Assembly (NCBI RefSeq): GCF_006345805.1
Contig: NC_043005.1
Location: forward strand, 17,298,001 to 17,362,000
Origin: Octopus sinensis
Taxonomy: Eukaryota
DNA: 64,000 nucleotides
Direction of reading: 5' to 3'
The first letter of the stretch is position 1, and the number at the start of each line of letters is the position of its first letter. This document shows positions 13,893-26,410 of this stretch, in pieces. Below the pieces are notes generated by a model. The model saw nothing but the letters and a program-made list of their open reading frames with translations. It ran no database searches and was not told the origin of the DNA. A program made the translations under genes and the position numbers.

Positions 13893-14205
13893 CGGCCCCC
13901 GTGCCAGTGGCACGTAAAAGCACCATCCGATCGTGGCTGTTGCCAGCCTCGCCTGGCCCCCGTGCCGGTGGCACGTAAAAAGCACCATCCGTCCGTGGCC
14001 ATTTGCCAGCTCCATCTGGCACCTGTGCGGGTGGCACGTAAAAAGCACCCACTACACTCACGGAGTGGTTGGCGTTAGGAAGGGCATCCAGCTGTAGAAA
14101 CACTGCCAGATCAGACTGGAGCCTGATGCAGCCTTCTGGCTTCACAGACCCCAGTTGAACTGTCCAACCCATGCTAGCATGGAAAGCGGACGGTAAATGA
14201 TGATG
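13893..14205 (+). mobile_element. SINE family D with internal tandem units
   Basis: Three GTGCC.GTGGCACGTAAAA.GCACC units, Meta-like core, GATGAT tail. Confidence 0.85.
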
Positions 14206-14304
14206 AAGATGAAGGGAAAAACTCCTAGCACTGGCAGGACAAAACTGAATAAAGCAATGCATTTAGTTAGATGCTGTGTTATTTCTGTCATCTAAATGGG
14301 ATGT

Positions 14305-14485
14305 TTTATTAACAACTATGAGGGTGTTCTGTGAACTACAAGGGGGTTCTGTCAACCATATGGTCGTTCTGTTAATTACACAATTGTTTTGTTAACGCCA
14401 TGGGTATTCCGTTAACTACAAAAGTGTTCTGTTCACTACAAGTGCATGCTGTTAACCCATATGGGTGTTCTGTTAGCCCACAGGG
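14305..14485. repeat. About 20-bp diverged minisatellite (GTTCTGTTAACTACAAGGGT-like), about 9 units
   Basis: Read directly. Confidence 0.8.
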
Positions 14486-15074
14486 CTGAGCTTTTATGTT
14501 CCTGGGCCAGGAGGAAAGTCAAACATTGAAACAATTCACTAATTCCTTCTTCCAGTTACAACATGAAGGTCAGAAGCCCTTCGATCAGCCTTGGTAGTCC
14601 TACATATTACAAACACTTCACAACTATATGGAAAAAAAAAAGAAAAACAAAAAAAACCCTCTATTTGACTCAGAGAGCTTTCCAGAAAAGGGAGGATGTG
14701 CAAAATGAAGTGTTTTTATGGCATACCATTCAGTTCCAGTTCCCACAGTGAAAATTAAGAAACACACATTCCCTGGGATAAAAAACATGTTCTAGCTATA
14801 ACCATCACCTCTGATTTTTAGGCATAGCATAACTTGGAAACTACACTATCCAATATTCCCTCATATTTTTAATAAAAATCTAGTGAGGTGTGATCTGAAG
14901 GTAATATGGTCACCGTATCTCAAGCAAACACCATAAGCCACTTATGGTATGTGTGTGTTCTCTACTGTTACTTATCTAAACCAATACAAAAACGAAAAAC
15001 TAAAGCAGGGGTGGGGAAAAACCCTGCCCACTGATGCAATTGTGCCTGTGAGTTCATTTTATTGTGCCTGCAGG

Positions 15075-15384
15075 CTGTTGTTATTTGTTCCTTCTCAAGC
15101 CATGCCTGCCTCATAAGGGCCGGTTTCCCGGTTTCTTGGCATATAGGTTCCCCACCTGGACGGGACGCCGGTCCGTCGCAGGTGAGCTGCAAGATGCAGG
15201 AGGAAAGAGTGAGAGAAAAATGTGGCGAAAGAGTCAGCAGAAGTTTCGCCATTACCTTCTGCTGGAGCCGCATGGAGCTTAGGTGTTTTCGCTCATAAAC
15301 ACACACATCACCCGGTCTGAGATTCAAACCCGCGATCCATCGACTGCGAGTCCGCTGCTCTAACCACTAGGCCATGTGCCTCCA
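15075..15384 (-). mobile_element. SINE family A-related, tail type iii (V-domain-like)
   Basis: Related tRNA head; tail CCTGCGACGGACCGGCGTCCCGTCCAGG resembles V-SINE sequence (from memory). Confidence 0.7.
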
Positions 15385-15659
15385 CAGCCTGCAGGCTGGT
15401 ATATTTGTATGTACAAACTATAGTCAAATTTTCAGTTATAAAATTTATACAATATTTGTATGCCTCTTTGCAACATAGGTCATGTTTCCATTACTACTTA
15501 AAACGGGTAAACTCAAACAGAAAATCATCTGGCAATTGTCATCTGAATGGAAATTTTGTTTTCCCTATAAAACACATATTGCTAGGTTTGTACCATCCCC
15601 TTGAGACCCCACTACACTCTAGCCGAAAAATAAAAAATACCTTATAAGTAATATTTATT

Positions 15660-15875
15660 TCTATATTGCCCACAAGGGGCTAAACACAGAGGGGACAAAC
15701 AAAGGGATTAAGTCGATTGCATTGACTCCAGTGCGTAACTGGTACTTATTTTATCGATCCTGAAAGGATGAAAGGTAAAGTCGACCTCGGCGAAATTTGA
15801 ACTCAGAACGTAAATACAGACAAACTACCGCTATGCATTTCACCCGGCGTGCTAGCGTTTCTGCCAGCTTGCCTC
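15660..15875 (-). mobile_element. SINE family C
   Basis: CCCACAAGGGGCTAAACAC...GAAAGGATGAAAGG..AAGTCGACCTCGGCG. Confidence 0.85.
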
Positions 15876-16209
15876 ATAAGTAATATTAACGTCCTAAATT
15901 CAGTGGTGGCGTTAATGATGTTACATGTTAACTTAATGTGTTAAACTTACCTTTATTAATGTATATCGAGTTTACATATACAAGATCTACACAAATATAA
16001 GAGTTAGAACTTGTGATCTGCCCATGGACTTTTATCTGCGGAAATTTTTGCCTGCTACACTAAAAAGTTTCCCCACCCCTGAACTAAAGGAAGGGTTGGT
16101 AGAAGAGAAGAGAAAAAAACTTTGTAAAGAGATTTTCCTTACTGTTTCATAGATTACCATGGGTGGTCGAGTGTTAGTTCTTGGCTGTGCATTTGCATTG
16201 TTGCTGTTG

Positions 16210-16577
16210 CGCGAACGGTCTTCGTCCCAGAGCTCACAAGATGGGAGAAGTCCGAAACGTGGTCCCTTGCTATTCGTAAGACCCACAGAAGAGAAAGCAG
16301 GTCAAACCCCCAACACCGAGAGCATCGATGGATGGATGAATGCGCATCCAGGCTCAGCGGTTGCGTAGGAAGTCGGGGACAAGAAACAGGAAGAAAGAGT
16401 GAAAGAAAGTTCAGGCAAAAGAGTACAACAGGGGTCGCCATCATCCCCTGCCGGAGCCTCATGGAGCTTTAGGCGTTTTCGCTCAATAAACACACACAAC
16501 GCCCAGTCTGGGAATCGAAACTGCGATCCTCCGACCGCGAGTCTGCTGCCCTAACCACTGAGCCACTGCGCCTCCAC
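16210..16577 (-). mobile_element. SINE family A, tail type iv
   Basis: Family A head at 16440-16577; distinct tail; TGCTGTTGC present on both flanks (probable TSD). Confidence 0.75.
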
Positions 16578-18214
16578 TGCTGTTGCTGTGTGTATGCAGC
16601 AGTATTTTTTGTATTATTTGTTTTTATATGCATGATGTATTGTTACCGTTTTTGTTAAAGAAAATAAAAGAGAAATGAGGACATTCCATCTACAGCTTTC
16701 ACTTGATAGAAAAGAAGTATATGTACGTGTGTGTATGTGTTCTGTTTGTATGTCCATGTGTATTATGTGTGTGTGTGTGTGATTGTGTTCCATGTGAGTG
16801 TATATGCGCATATGATTACTGGGTGTGTGAGCATGTTTCAGAAGTCTCAAATGTGATATCCTTAAGTCATACAACAGGGTTAGTTCTAACACTGGTTTGG
16901 TATCAGTAACGGATATGTAACCAGTAACAATGACGATGGAACTCGTGATGATGATGATGATGATGATGATAATGACGGTGATAGTAACGATACTGATGAT
17001 AATGATAATTATGTTGTAAAAAAAAAAACAAAAAAAAAACAAGTGATGACGATGACATGATGACACTTGTAAAACAAAATGATGACGATTGTAATAAAGA
17101 CAATACTACAGTGCAACAAAGGTGACATTGGTAATAACGATTCTTCGTAGGAGCAGCCAAAAATGATACTTAGTTAAATCTCTCATGGTTTTGAGTTCAA
17201 ATCTCGCCCAAGACCAACGTCCAGTTTGCTTGTTATATTTCCATAACCAACAAAAATTACCAACTGAAAATTGAAGTTTATTTCATTGGCTAACCCTGTT
17301 CTCACCAGTTTATTATAATATGGATCTCTAAGGTACAAAGATGGATATAAGTTGATGAAAACAATCCCAGTACTTGACTGGTACTCTATTTTACCAACCT
17401 GAAAGTTTGAACTGCAAAGTCCATCTTGGCAGCGGCTGAACTCTGAATACATAGAGAGAGATATAATAAATACTGAAGCTTATATTCAGTGCTCTAACAA
17501 ATCTGCCACCTCCTACCCTTATTTAGAAGATGTAAGCAAGGTAAATCTAATGAATCTATCATCTCCTACCATTATTTAGAGGATGTAAGCAGGTGAAGTT
17601 GTTGGGAGGTTTGCTGCTCAACAGTGGAGATCGGGGTTTGACTGCACTGAGTTGTGTCTTGGGTGGAGGTCTTTTGCCGTGGTGCTGAGTTGCCTAGGTC
17701 TTGTTGGTGAAGATGGGTGGATGGATGGAAACTGTATGAAAGCATGTCACATTGACTGTCCTTGTAATTCAAAGGCCTAGCTCCATCACACTTTGAGCCA
17801 CACTAAATTCATCCAGAGTTTTTGATGAGGGCACATGTCTGTAGAACACTCAGTTGCTTATACTCTAGTTCCATGAGCAGGTAGTTCAGACAACCAAGAA
17901 CCTGGATGCTCACCGTCAAAACTGAGGGAAGATTTCTCGATAATAATTCCAGTTTCGGCACAAGGCCAGAATTTTTGAGGGGAGGGGTGCAAGTTGATTT
18001 CATCAACCCAAGTATGGGGCTGGTACTTTATTCTATCAACCACAAAAGGATGAGAAGCGAAATTAACCTCAGCAGGATTTGAACCCAGACCATAAAAGTA
18101 CCAGGAGGAATGCCATTAAGCATATTGTCCAACAGAGTAACAATTGTAGCTCGTTACCTTAAATAATGCTTTCAAAGTTTAGCACAAGGACAGCAATTTT
18201 AAGGAGAGGTTGCG

Positions 18215-18717
18215 AAGACCTGTTGATGCAAGTGAAATCGAAATCAAATTCAATGACAGCACTGCATGACTGGCCCCCGTGCTAGTGGAGCGCTAAGAGC
18301 ACTATCCGAGCGTGATCGTTGCCAGGGCTGCTGACTGGCCCCCGTGCCGGTGACACATAAAAAGCACCATTCGACTATGATCTTTACCAGCGTCGCCTTA
18401 CTGATATTTGTGCCAGTGGTACATGAAAAATAACATTTGAGTGAGGGTGCTGCCAGTGCCACTGGACTGGTTCCTGTGCAGGTGACACGTAAAAACACCA
18501 TTTGAGCATGGCCGTTGTCAGTACCGCCTGACTGGCCCTCGTGCTAGTGGCACGTAAAAGCACCCACTACACTCTCAAAGTGGTAAGCATTAGGAAGGGC
18601 ATCCAGCTGTAGAAACTCTGCCAAATCAGATTGGAGCTTGGTGCAGCCATCTGGTTCACCAGTCCTCAGTCAAACTGTCCAACCCATGCCAGCATGGGAA
18701 GCGAATGTTAAAAGATG

Positions 18718-18720
<3 letters not shown>
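18215..18720 (+). mobile_element. SINE family D, near full length, about 5 internal units
   Basis: Repeated GGCCCCCGTGC...GGCACGTAAAAGCACC units and family D 3' end. Confidence 0.8.
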
Positions 18721-18752
<32 letters not shown>

Positions 18753-19564
18753 GGTGGCAAGCCTTAATAATGTTTAGTTACAAAAAATTATTTTTTAAAT
18801 CTGTCGGCCAAAAGGTAAAGATCCGCAGTCTTTACTCGCATTATGTCTCTATTTGTAGAAGTCTGATCTATCAGCCCATGAGTTTTAGCCCTTTTGTTAC
18901 CCTATTTCTGTGGTAACACACCGTTTTTATTTCAATTAATTTTGTAAATAATGAAAAATTCAGTAAAATAACTTTGTTCAAAATGGTGCTTTGAACAAAA
19001 AGTATCATGAAATTCTGATGAAAGGTTTTAATTTAAAAACAGGAAGTGGCTTACAAAAAGAATGACAAGAGGTCCATGACCTCCAGAACTTGTAAAGGAA
19101 ATGGAGAAAGAAAGAAACTACGACAATGGTTATACCACAGAGTGAGTGGATATCAGTTTGAAAGCTGACAACTGTGTGAACTCCACTAACAGACATATAC
19201 TCAGAACCAGAGAGATAGAGGTGTTAAACCAGGTAAATATTAGTCACACATGTACAATATGCTGTACAAAACACCCAAATCCGTACCAACGTGATAGAAT
19301 AGATAATAAAACATTGATAATGGTATACACAAACGACCATACACTAATATATCACCATCATCATCATCATCGTCACTTAACATCTGTTTTCCATGCTGGC
19401 ATGGGTTGAACGGTTTGACCAGAGCTGGTAAGGCTAGGGGCCACACCAAGCTCCTTTGTTTTGGCATGGATTTCTACAGCCGGATGCTCTTCTTGACACC
19501 AACCACTTCACAAGAGTGTACTGGGTGCCTTTTGAAGTGGCACCGACATGATTAATACACACAC

Positions 19565-19639
<75 letters not shown>

Positions 19640-19980
19640 TATATATAAGTAGGTGAATGAATTATCCTAGTATTGATAATTTGGTTAATCGATACCTGGG
19701 TAGCAAATTCACGTCAGAAAACACGGTTGAAGCTACATGTCAAGGGCAGAAACCCCATGTTCTTGTGTGGTAATTTGTGTGTTCATTTATTTATATATAT
19801 ATATAACGGTAAGTGACTGAATTCGTGTATTTGCCACTCCGGTTTTGTGTATGTGAGCCGCAAGGGCCTTCGTTTTTGGAATCTCCACTTATAGAAATGG
19901 AAAAAACGGTCTTTGACTGCCATTTCTAATTCCTTCGGTATGAGGCGAAACAGCTTGCTGCTAGCCAACTTATTTCTCTT

Positions 19981-20017
<37 letters not shown>

Positions 20018-20196
20018 AGAGAGAGAGAGATACACACACACAAAGATAGCAACATAGATGCACACACACAACATGGAGATATATCAAAACTAAATAAATG
20101 TTTATTATATATACATATGACTGCTGTGTACATATCTATTTATAACCATTGGTCCACTCCAGCAGCTTCAAAGACAGATGCAAGCTATCTCCGATT

Positions 20197-20600
20197 ACTC
20201 TCTTTTACTCTTTTACTTGTTTCAGTCATTTGACTGCGGCCATGCTGGAGCACCGCCTTTAGTCGAGCAAATCGACCCCGGGACTTATTCTTTTTTGTAA
20301 GCCCAGTACTTATTCTATCGGTCTCTTTTTTGCCGAACCGCCAAGTGACGGGGACGTAAACACACCAGCATCGGTTGTCAAGCAATGCTAGGGAAACAAA
20401 CACAGACACACACACATATATATATATATATATACACATATATACGACAGGCTTCTTTCAGTTTCCGTCTACTAAATCCACTCACAAGGCATTGGTCGGC
20501 CCGGGGCTATAGCAGAAGACACTTGCCCAAGGTGCCACGCAGTGGGACTGAACCCGGAACCATGTGGTTGGTAAGCAAGCTACTTACCACACAGCCACTC
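20197..20600 (-). mobile_element. SINE family B, well preserved
   Basis: Full consensus with CpGs retained. Confidence 0.9.
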
Positions 20601-20627
20601 CAGTGCCTTTTTTTTTTTTTGCGATTG

Positions 20628-20659
<32 letters not shown>

Positions 20660-20793
20660 TTTTAGAAGAATCTAGTTGATTTGATCCTCATTTCAAGTTG
20701 CCAAAGATCCTGTGGATTACCTGTAGGGTCTATTTTCACAGCTGGAATAGGAATATGTTCTATTCAGGACTTCTATGTGTATGAATGAGCATG

Positions 20794-20871
<78 letters not shown>

Positions 20872-21891
20872 TGGGGGCATGCAAATATATAAACACTATT
20901 AAATCCATAGTCGTAAAACAAAGCTCAACTATTTATCAGCCATGCATACTAGGGTAAGGAGGATTATGTAATTTGCCCCAGGGCACAACACTATACACAT
21001 GTGGCTATAGAAAGGTATCAAAATTTGTTTGAACATGCAAATTCAGCAATATTTTAACTGTACAGCTAATCCACATTTGTGTCAAAAGCACCCACCTACC
21101 TCACTTCTGCTCTGCTCAAGCCTAGCAGAGGATGATGGGATTCTGGGGGGGGGGAGCCTTACAGAAATCAGGGTAGGAATAAATGTGAGGCAAACAATCA
21201 TTTCACATTTTTTTAACCTGTCAGTTAATGAAATAAATGGTTGACCTGCTTCTAACCTCTGACCTTTACAGTTCAAGTTTCTCAACCTGGGACACACATT
21301 ACTTACTCTTTTTCTTGATTAAGTGAAACAGTCCTACAATCATGGCAATGTTAATGATAATTATATAGGACAGTAATTTTCAACAATCATTCATTATCCT
21401 CATAATTTTAAATCCCATCAGCTTTTCCATGCTAGCCATGATTGAATACAATTATTTCTAGAATGGCTTCTTCCTTTTTGCTGCAATCCTTTGTTATCTC
21501 CCCTTTTTTAGTTGAGGCTCCTGGGTTTAGAATTTACCACTTCTTCCCAATTCTTCTTCAGTCCCCACCCTTTTTTTTTTCACATAGTCATTCCATTGGG
21601 AACACTAGGCACTTATTTCACCAACTGATTAAAAAAAAACAACTTTTTTATACTGTAACTTAAAGGAATTTTATCAGCAACTTGTTTTGGACAAGTGAAG
21701 CTTGTCTGCCTTTTTCATTCTGTTTTAGGAAATGCAAGAAACAAAACTGTTGATAATTTTTGAGATATTGGGGGAAAAAAAACTCCAAAAAACCCCAGAA
21801 GTATAAAACTGGAAGAGGAGCAGTAACACTAATTTACAGTGATTTAGACTGCAGTTACTTGGACTACCAATAATTATTTTGGCTGTATAAT

Positions 21892-22618
21892 ATCATCATC
21901 ATCATCATCGTTTAACGTCCGCTTTCCATGCTAGCATGGGTTGGACGGTTCAACTGGGGTCTGGGAAACCCGAAGACTGCACCAGGCCCAGTCAGATCCG
22001 GCAGTGTTTCTACAGCTGGATGCCCTTCCTAACGCCCAACCACTCCGTGAGTGTAGTGGGTGCTTTTTATGTGCCACCGACACAGGTGCCAGACGAGGCC
22101 TGCGAACGGCTACGCTCGAATGGTTGAAAGACTAAGGTTAGCCTTTTGCACTGCCTAAAGAATTCTGGTCAGTTGTTAGGAAGTATCATCACTGGATTAT
22201 CTGTATAATTGGTGAAGGGCTGAATGGTAGAGAGAGATAAAGAAGAAAGCTGGAAGTTGAGGACAACATATAGTTATTTTCTGTATGTACATATACACAT
22301 ACATTTCTTATCTATCTATCTATATATCTGTCTCTATGTTAACATGTAGGCATGGTTGTATGGTTAAGAAGTCTGCTCCCAACAGATGTAGTTTTATATT
22401 CAGCCAAACTGTTTAACACTATACTCTCTCTCTCTCTCTTTTTATTCTTTTACTGGAGCACTGCCTTTAGTCGAGCAAATCGACCCCAGCACTTATTCTT
22501 TGTAAGCCTAGTACTTATTCTATTGGTCTCTTTTGCCGAACCGCTAAGTTACGGGGATGTAAACACACCAGCATCGGTTGTCAAGCGATGTTAGGGTGAC
22601 AAACACAGACACCCAAAC

Positions 22619-22662
<44 letters not shown>

Positions 22663-22838
22663 TACGACAGGCTTCTTTCAGTTTCCGTCTACCAAATCCA
22701 CTCACAAGGCTTTGAAGGCTTTGGTCGGCCTGAAACTATATTAGAAGACACTTCCCCAAGGTGCCTAGCAGTGGGACTGAACCAGGAGCCACGAGGTTCA
22801 TAAGCAAGCTACTTACCACACAACCACTCCTACACCTA
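21892..22838 (-). mobile_element. SINE D (about 21892-22120) and SINE B (about 22440-22838)
   Basis: Family motifs as above. Confidence 0.8.
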
Positions 22839-23053
22839 TTGACTATGGTCAAGCGTTATTACTTTGGGACAGCCAAAGCCTTGTGAGTGGATTTGGTAGT
22901 CAGAAACTGAAAGAAATCCATCATGTGCATGTGTGTTTATGTATGCATGCATGCATGCATATATCTCTGTGTTTGTTTACGTTTATGCTTCTCAGAAAAT
23001 TATGATCTTAAAAGCAGTGATACCATTTCCTTGTCAACAAAACCACCCACCAG

Positions 23054-23688
23054 GGATCTTTTCGGTTTGAACGGCAGTTTTTTCTAGCGGTTTCATATGA
23101 AATTGTCACCTATAATTATGACCCTAGTATCGATCTATTGCATTTCAATCTGTTTTAGGGTTAGGGGTGGGGGGAAGAGTATATTTTTTTCTTCACAAAT
23201 GTAAATAAATCCAATCTGTTTCTTAAACGAGGGACATATTCATACGGCACAGAATGTTTTTTTTTACCTCAATGGACGTCAGTGATTGGTTGAAATTGCA
23301 GAAATTGAAGAAAAAAAAACCAAATATCTTACAAACAATAGAATTTTCTTAATAAAGCCAAGAGAAAAAGATGTTTTATAAACATATTCTACCAGTATAC
23401 GAAGTTTAACCCTTTAGTATTTAAACCGGCCATATCCGGCCAAAATAGTTAATCTGTTTTATGTCCAAACTAACCAGATCCAGGCTCTCACACCTACCCT
23501 ACAATGTTATTCTACATTAAGTAATTACACCATCAAGATCTTGAGGACATGAGATAATGCATGATTAATTAAAATCAATGGGAATCAATAGGCATTATGT
23601 TTGATTGAATAATCTGAACACTAAAGGGTTAAAATTTTTAGTTACCTAGAAATTATGCTAAAAACTGCCGTTCAAACCGAAAAGATCC
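23054..23688. mobile_element. Merlin-type MITE with nested TTAA MITE
   Basis: TIR GGATCTTTTCGGTTTGAACGGCAGTTTT; CCCACCA on both flanks; homologous to 30186-30585 and 30936-31351. Confidence 0.85.
23410..23628. mobile_element. piggyBac-type MITE
   Basis: TTAA|CCCTTTAG...CTAAAGGG|TTAA; homologous to 58439-58659. Confidence 0.88.
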
Positions 23689-24961
23689 CCCCACCAATTT
23701 TGCACCTTCAAAGGTGCACGGAAAAGACCTCTTACTTGAAAACACAAGTAAGGGCTAACGACTGATTATTCATCAGTGTAAAACAATTCGACAATAATAT
23801 ATTCCTTAAGTCTTGCTAGCATGGGAAAACGAACATAAAAACAAACAATTTCACACACATACAGTGTGTATATTATTTTATATATTTTTCTCTCACCATC
23901 ACTCACTAGACATGTCATCCTATCATTCTTACGAAATCATCTCTCTCTATCCCATCTATACTATGTATACTCTCCGCCCTACTGTTCCCTGCAAATAGGC
24001 CCCTTTACATCTCCAACACCATCTATTTTTTCTTCCTCTCTGTCTGTCTGTCTCTCTCTCTCATTCTCTCTGTTTCCAATTCCTCTTCTGGTGTAGTCAA
24101 GTATACACTTTATATAGCATGACAGCCATCTCTTCTGTCCTTCTATAAAACTCTTAACATTTGAGCTGTGAGGTTTGTCTCGCAAGCTACTTGGCGATCC
24201 AGCTGGTACCACGTAAAAAGCACCTGTGCCAGTACCACGTAAAAGCACATGTGGCGGTACCACGTAAAAGGCACTTTTGCCGGTGTCACGCAAAAAGCAC
24301 CCAGTACACTCTGTAAAGTAGTTGGCGTTAGGCAGGATATCCAGCCATAGAAACCATGCCAAAACAGACGAATGGAGCCCTCCGGTTTGCCAGCTCTTCT
24401 CAAACCGTCCAACCTCTGCCAACATGGAAAACGGACGCAAAATGATGATAGTGATGATGGTATACTGTCCTGCCTTATTTAACACATTATTCCAAATGAA
24501 ATCCAAAGATGAAACAGTCAACATTGACACCAGACAAACAACTAATACCTGGCTACATGACGGTAAACAACAGACTTCCTACTCGAGTGGACTCTGATGT
24601 TCTAAAACACGATTTAAAAGGTTACTCAGGTGGGGTTACTAAGATACGACACCAGGGTTAATAACGGCCAATACCCATTTATATTAAAATTAAATGCGTA
24701 CAATACGATATACACATATGTAAAAATACACACATGTACACATACGTATAATTCACACACACTCAGGTTTGTTTTTATGTTTAGTTATATAAAAAACAAT
24801 TTCATATCAATCTGGTGGGTTAATATTGTAGAGTACAAATTTATTGTTGTCACACGAGAATGTTGTTGACAGCGATTTCGAAGTTTCGGACAACTCAGCC
24901 ATCAGCTGGCCGAAACTTCTAAGCCACTGTCAACAACATTCTTGTATAAGTGTGTGTGTCT

Positions 24962-25214
24962 GTGGAGGCGCAGCGGACTCGCGGTCGTAGGATCGCTGTT
25001 TCGATTCCCAGACCGGGCGTTGTGAGTGTTTATTGAGCGAAGACACCTAAAGCTCCACGAGGCTGTACTCTTTCGCCACAACTTTCTCTCTTACTCTTTC
25101 TTCTGTTGGCCTGCTCGCTTAGCCAGCGGGGTGGCGTCATTTGAAGGCTAAAACAATGCAAAGCGCATTGTGACCAGCGATGTGTAGCAACATCTGATTG
25201 CCTGGTCGACCACG

Positions 25215-25215
<1 letters not shown>
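24962..25215 (+). mobile_element. SINE family A, tail type ii, internally deleted
   Basis: Matches the reverse complement of 5698-6001. Confidence 0.85.
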
Positions 25216-25244
<29 letters not shown>

Positions 25245-25247
<3 letters not shown>

Positions 25248-25596
25248 TAAATTAGAGATGAAACCACTATTAGGCAAATCAAACAATGAAAAACATAAGC
25301 CAATACCTAAAATTAATTTAATTTATATTATTTTAAATATATATCAAAAGTATAAAAGTTTAATAAAAGATAAGAGTAAAACACTACGATCGTTTCATGG
25401 CTGTACAATTCGAATAACAATAATTCGAGTTATGGTTACAGTCAATCTTCAGGTTAATTGAAATATCTAAAAAATAATCAGAAATATTTAAACAATATTT
25501 TTAAGATATAAATAATATAATAATTTTACTTATAATAAACTCTATTATCAAACTAGAAACATAAAACTTAACAATTATGATTATATCAAAATCGAC

Positions 25597-25597
<1 letters not shown>
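25245..25597 (-). mobile_element. AT-rich (TA)n-flanked element carrying a hammerhead motif; probable Penelope-like pseudo-LTR
   Basis: (TA)n on both sides; hammerhead core followed by ATTAAA on the minus strand. Confidence 0.6.
25381..25456 (-). ncRNA. Type I minimal hammerhead ribozyme motif
   Basis: Minus strand: CTGAAGA (25452-25446), stem II TGACTGTA/TACAGCCA plus inner TCGAAT/ATTCGA, GAAAC (25396-25392), palindromic stem III ACGATCGT, GUA triplet (25387-25385); stem I only about 2 bp. Confidence 0.7.
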
Positions 25598-25628
<31 letters not shown>

Positions 25629-26224
25629 GAGTCATAATATATATATATAGGTCCCATATAAATACGCAGGCACATAATTATGTGTGTGTTTGTGATAACA
25701 GTTTTGTGTGAGTGATTAAGAATGGAAATTATTAACTATAAACTTATGTGATGAGTATGCAGATTTTCTGTGTGAGTACGTGTGTATGTGATAAACACAC
25801 ACACACACACACATACATATATAAATTAATATATCATATTTGTAGCGTGTGTGTATGTGTAAATAAGGAATATATGAATGATGTATATTTTCAAATATGT
25901 CAAGTGATGTGTATGTTTGTGTGTCAGATTAATAACGGCGGAGTGTGAGCGTGTCTATTAAACATTTAATAATTAGTGTGTGTGTGTGTGTGTGTGTGTG
26001 TATGGGGGGGGTTGATTATAAATTAGAAGCAGAGGTTGACTGTGTGTGTGTGTATGTACTAGAAAGGAGAGGGAAATACGTTGCAAGTGTATGTGTTTGT
26101 GTGGGTGAGTAAATTTAAATTAAGTCTAGTTAGTATATATACAACAACAGTTTGTCGCCATACACGCAATGGCAAAAAGAAAAAAAAAAAAAAGAAAAAC
26201 ATGATGAAAAAATATGCAGCATCA

Positions 26225-26410
26225 CCCCACCCCACTCCCATCCCCTATCAGCCCCCCCCTCCACCGCCACCTTTTTAATTAGGTTAGAGAAGTGATGGTG
26301 GCGGCGGCGGCGGTAAAGAGAAGCGGGGGAGGGGGGAAGCGATAGGGCGAGGATTTGTCACGTGTGATCCGTTATGTCAAAGGTCAGAGAGAGAGAGAGA
26401 GAGAGTGAAA
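26225..26410. promoter_or_regulatory. Candidate enhancer or alternative promoter
   Basis: Local GC-rich patch with (GGC)n, E-box CACGTG 26359-26364, DR1-like ATGTCA-A-AGGTCA 26374-26386, GAGA tract. Confidence 0.3.

Noticed and set aside
14305-14485. CRISPR-like regular repeats (also 60941-61111 and SINE D internal units)
   Set aside because: Eukaryotic tandem repeats without unique spacers or cas genes
16159-16215. Signal-peptide-like MGGRVLVLGCAFALLLL after an acceptor-like site
   Set aside because: Runs into a SINE; no donor or continuing exon found
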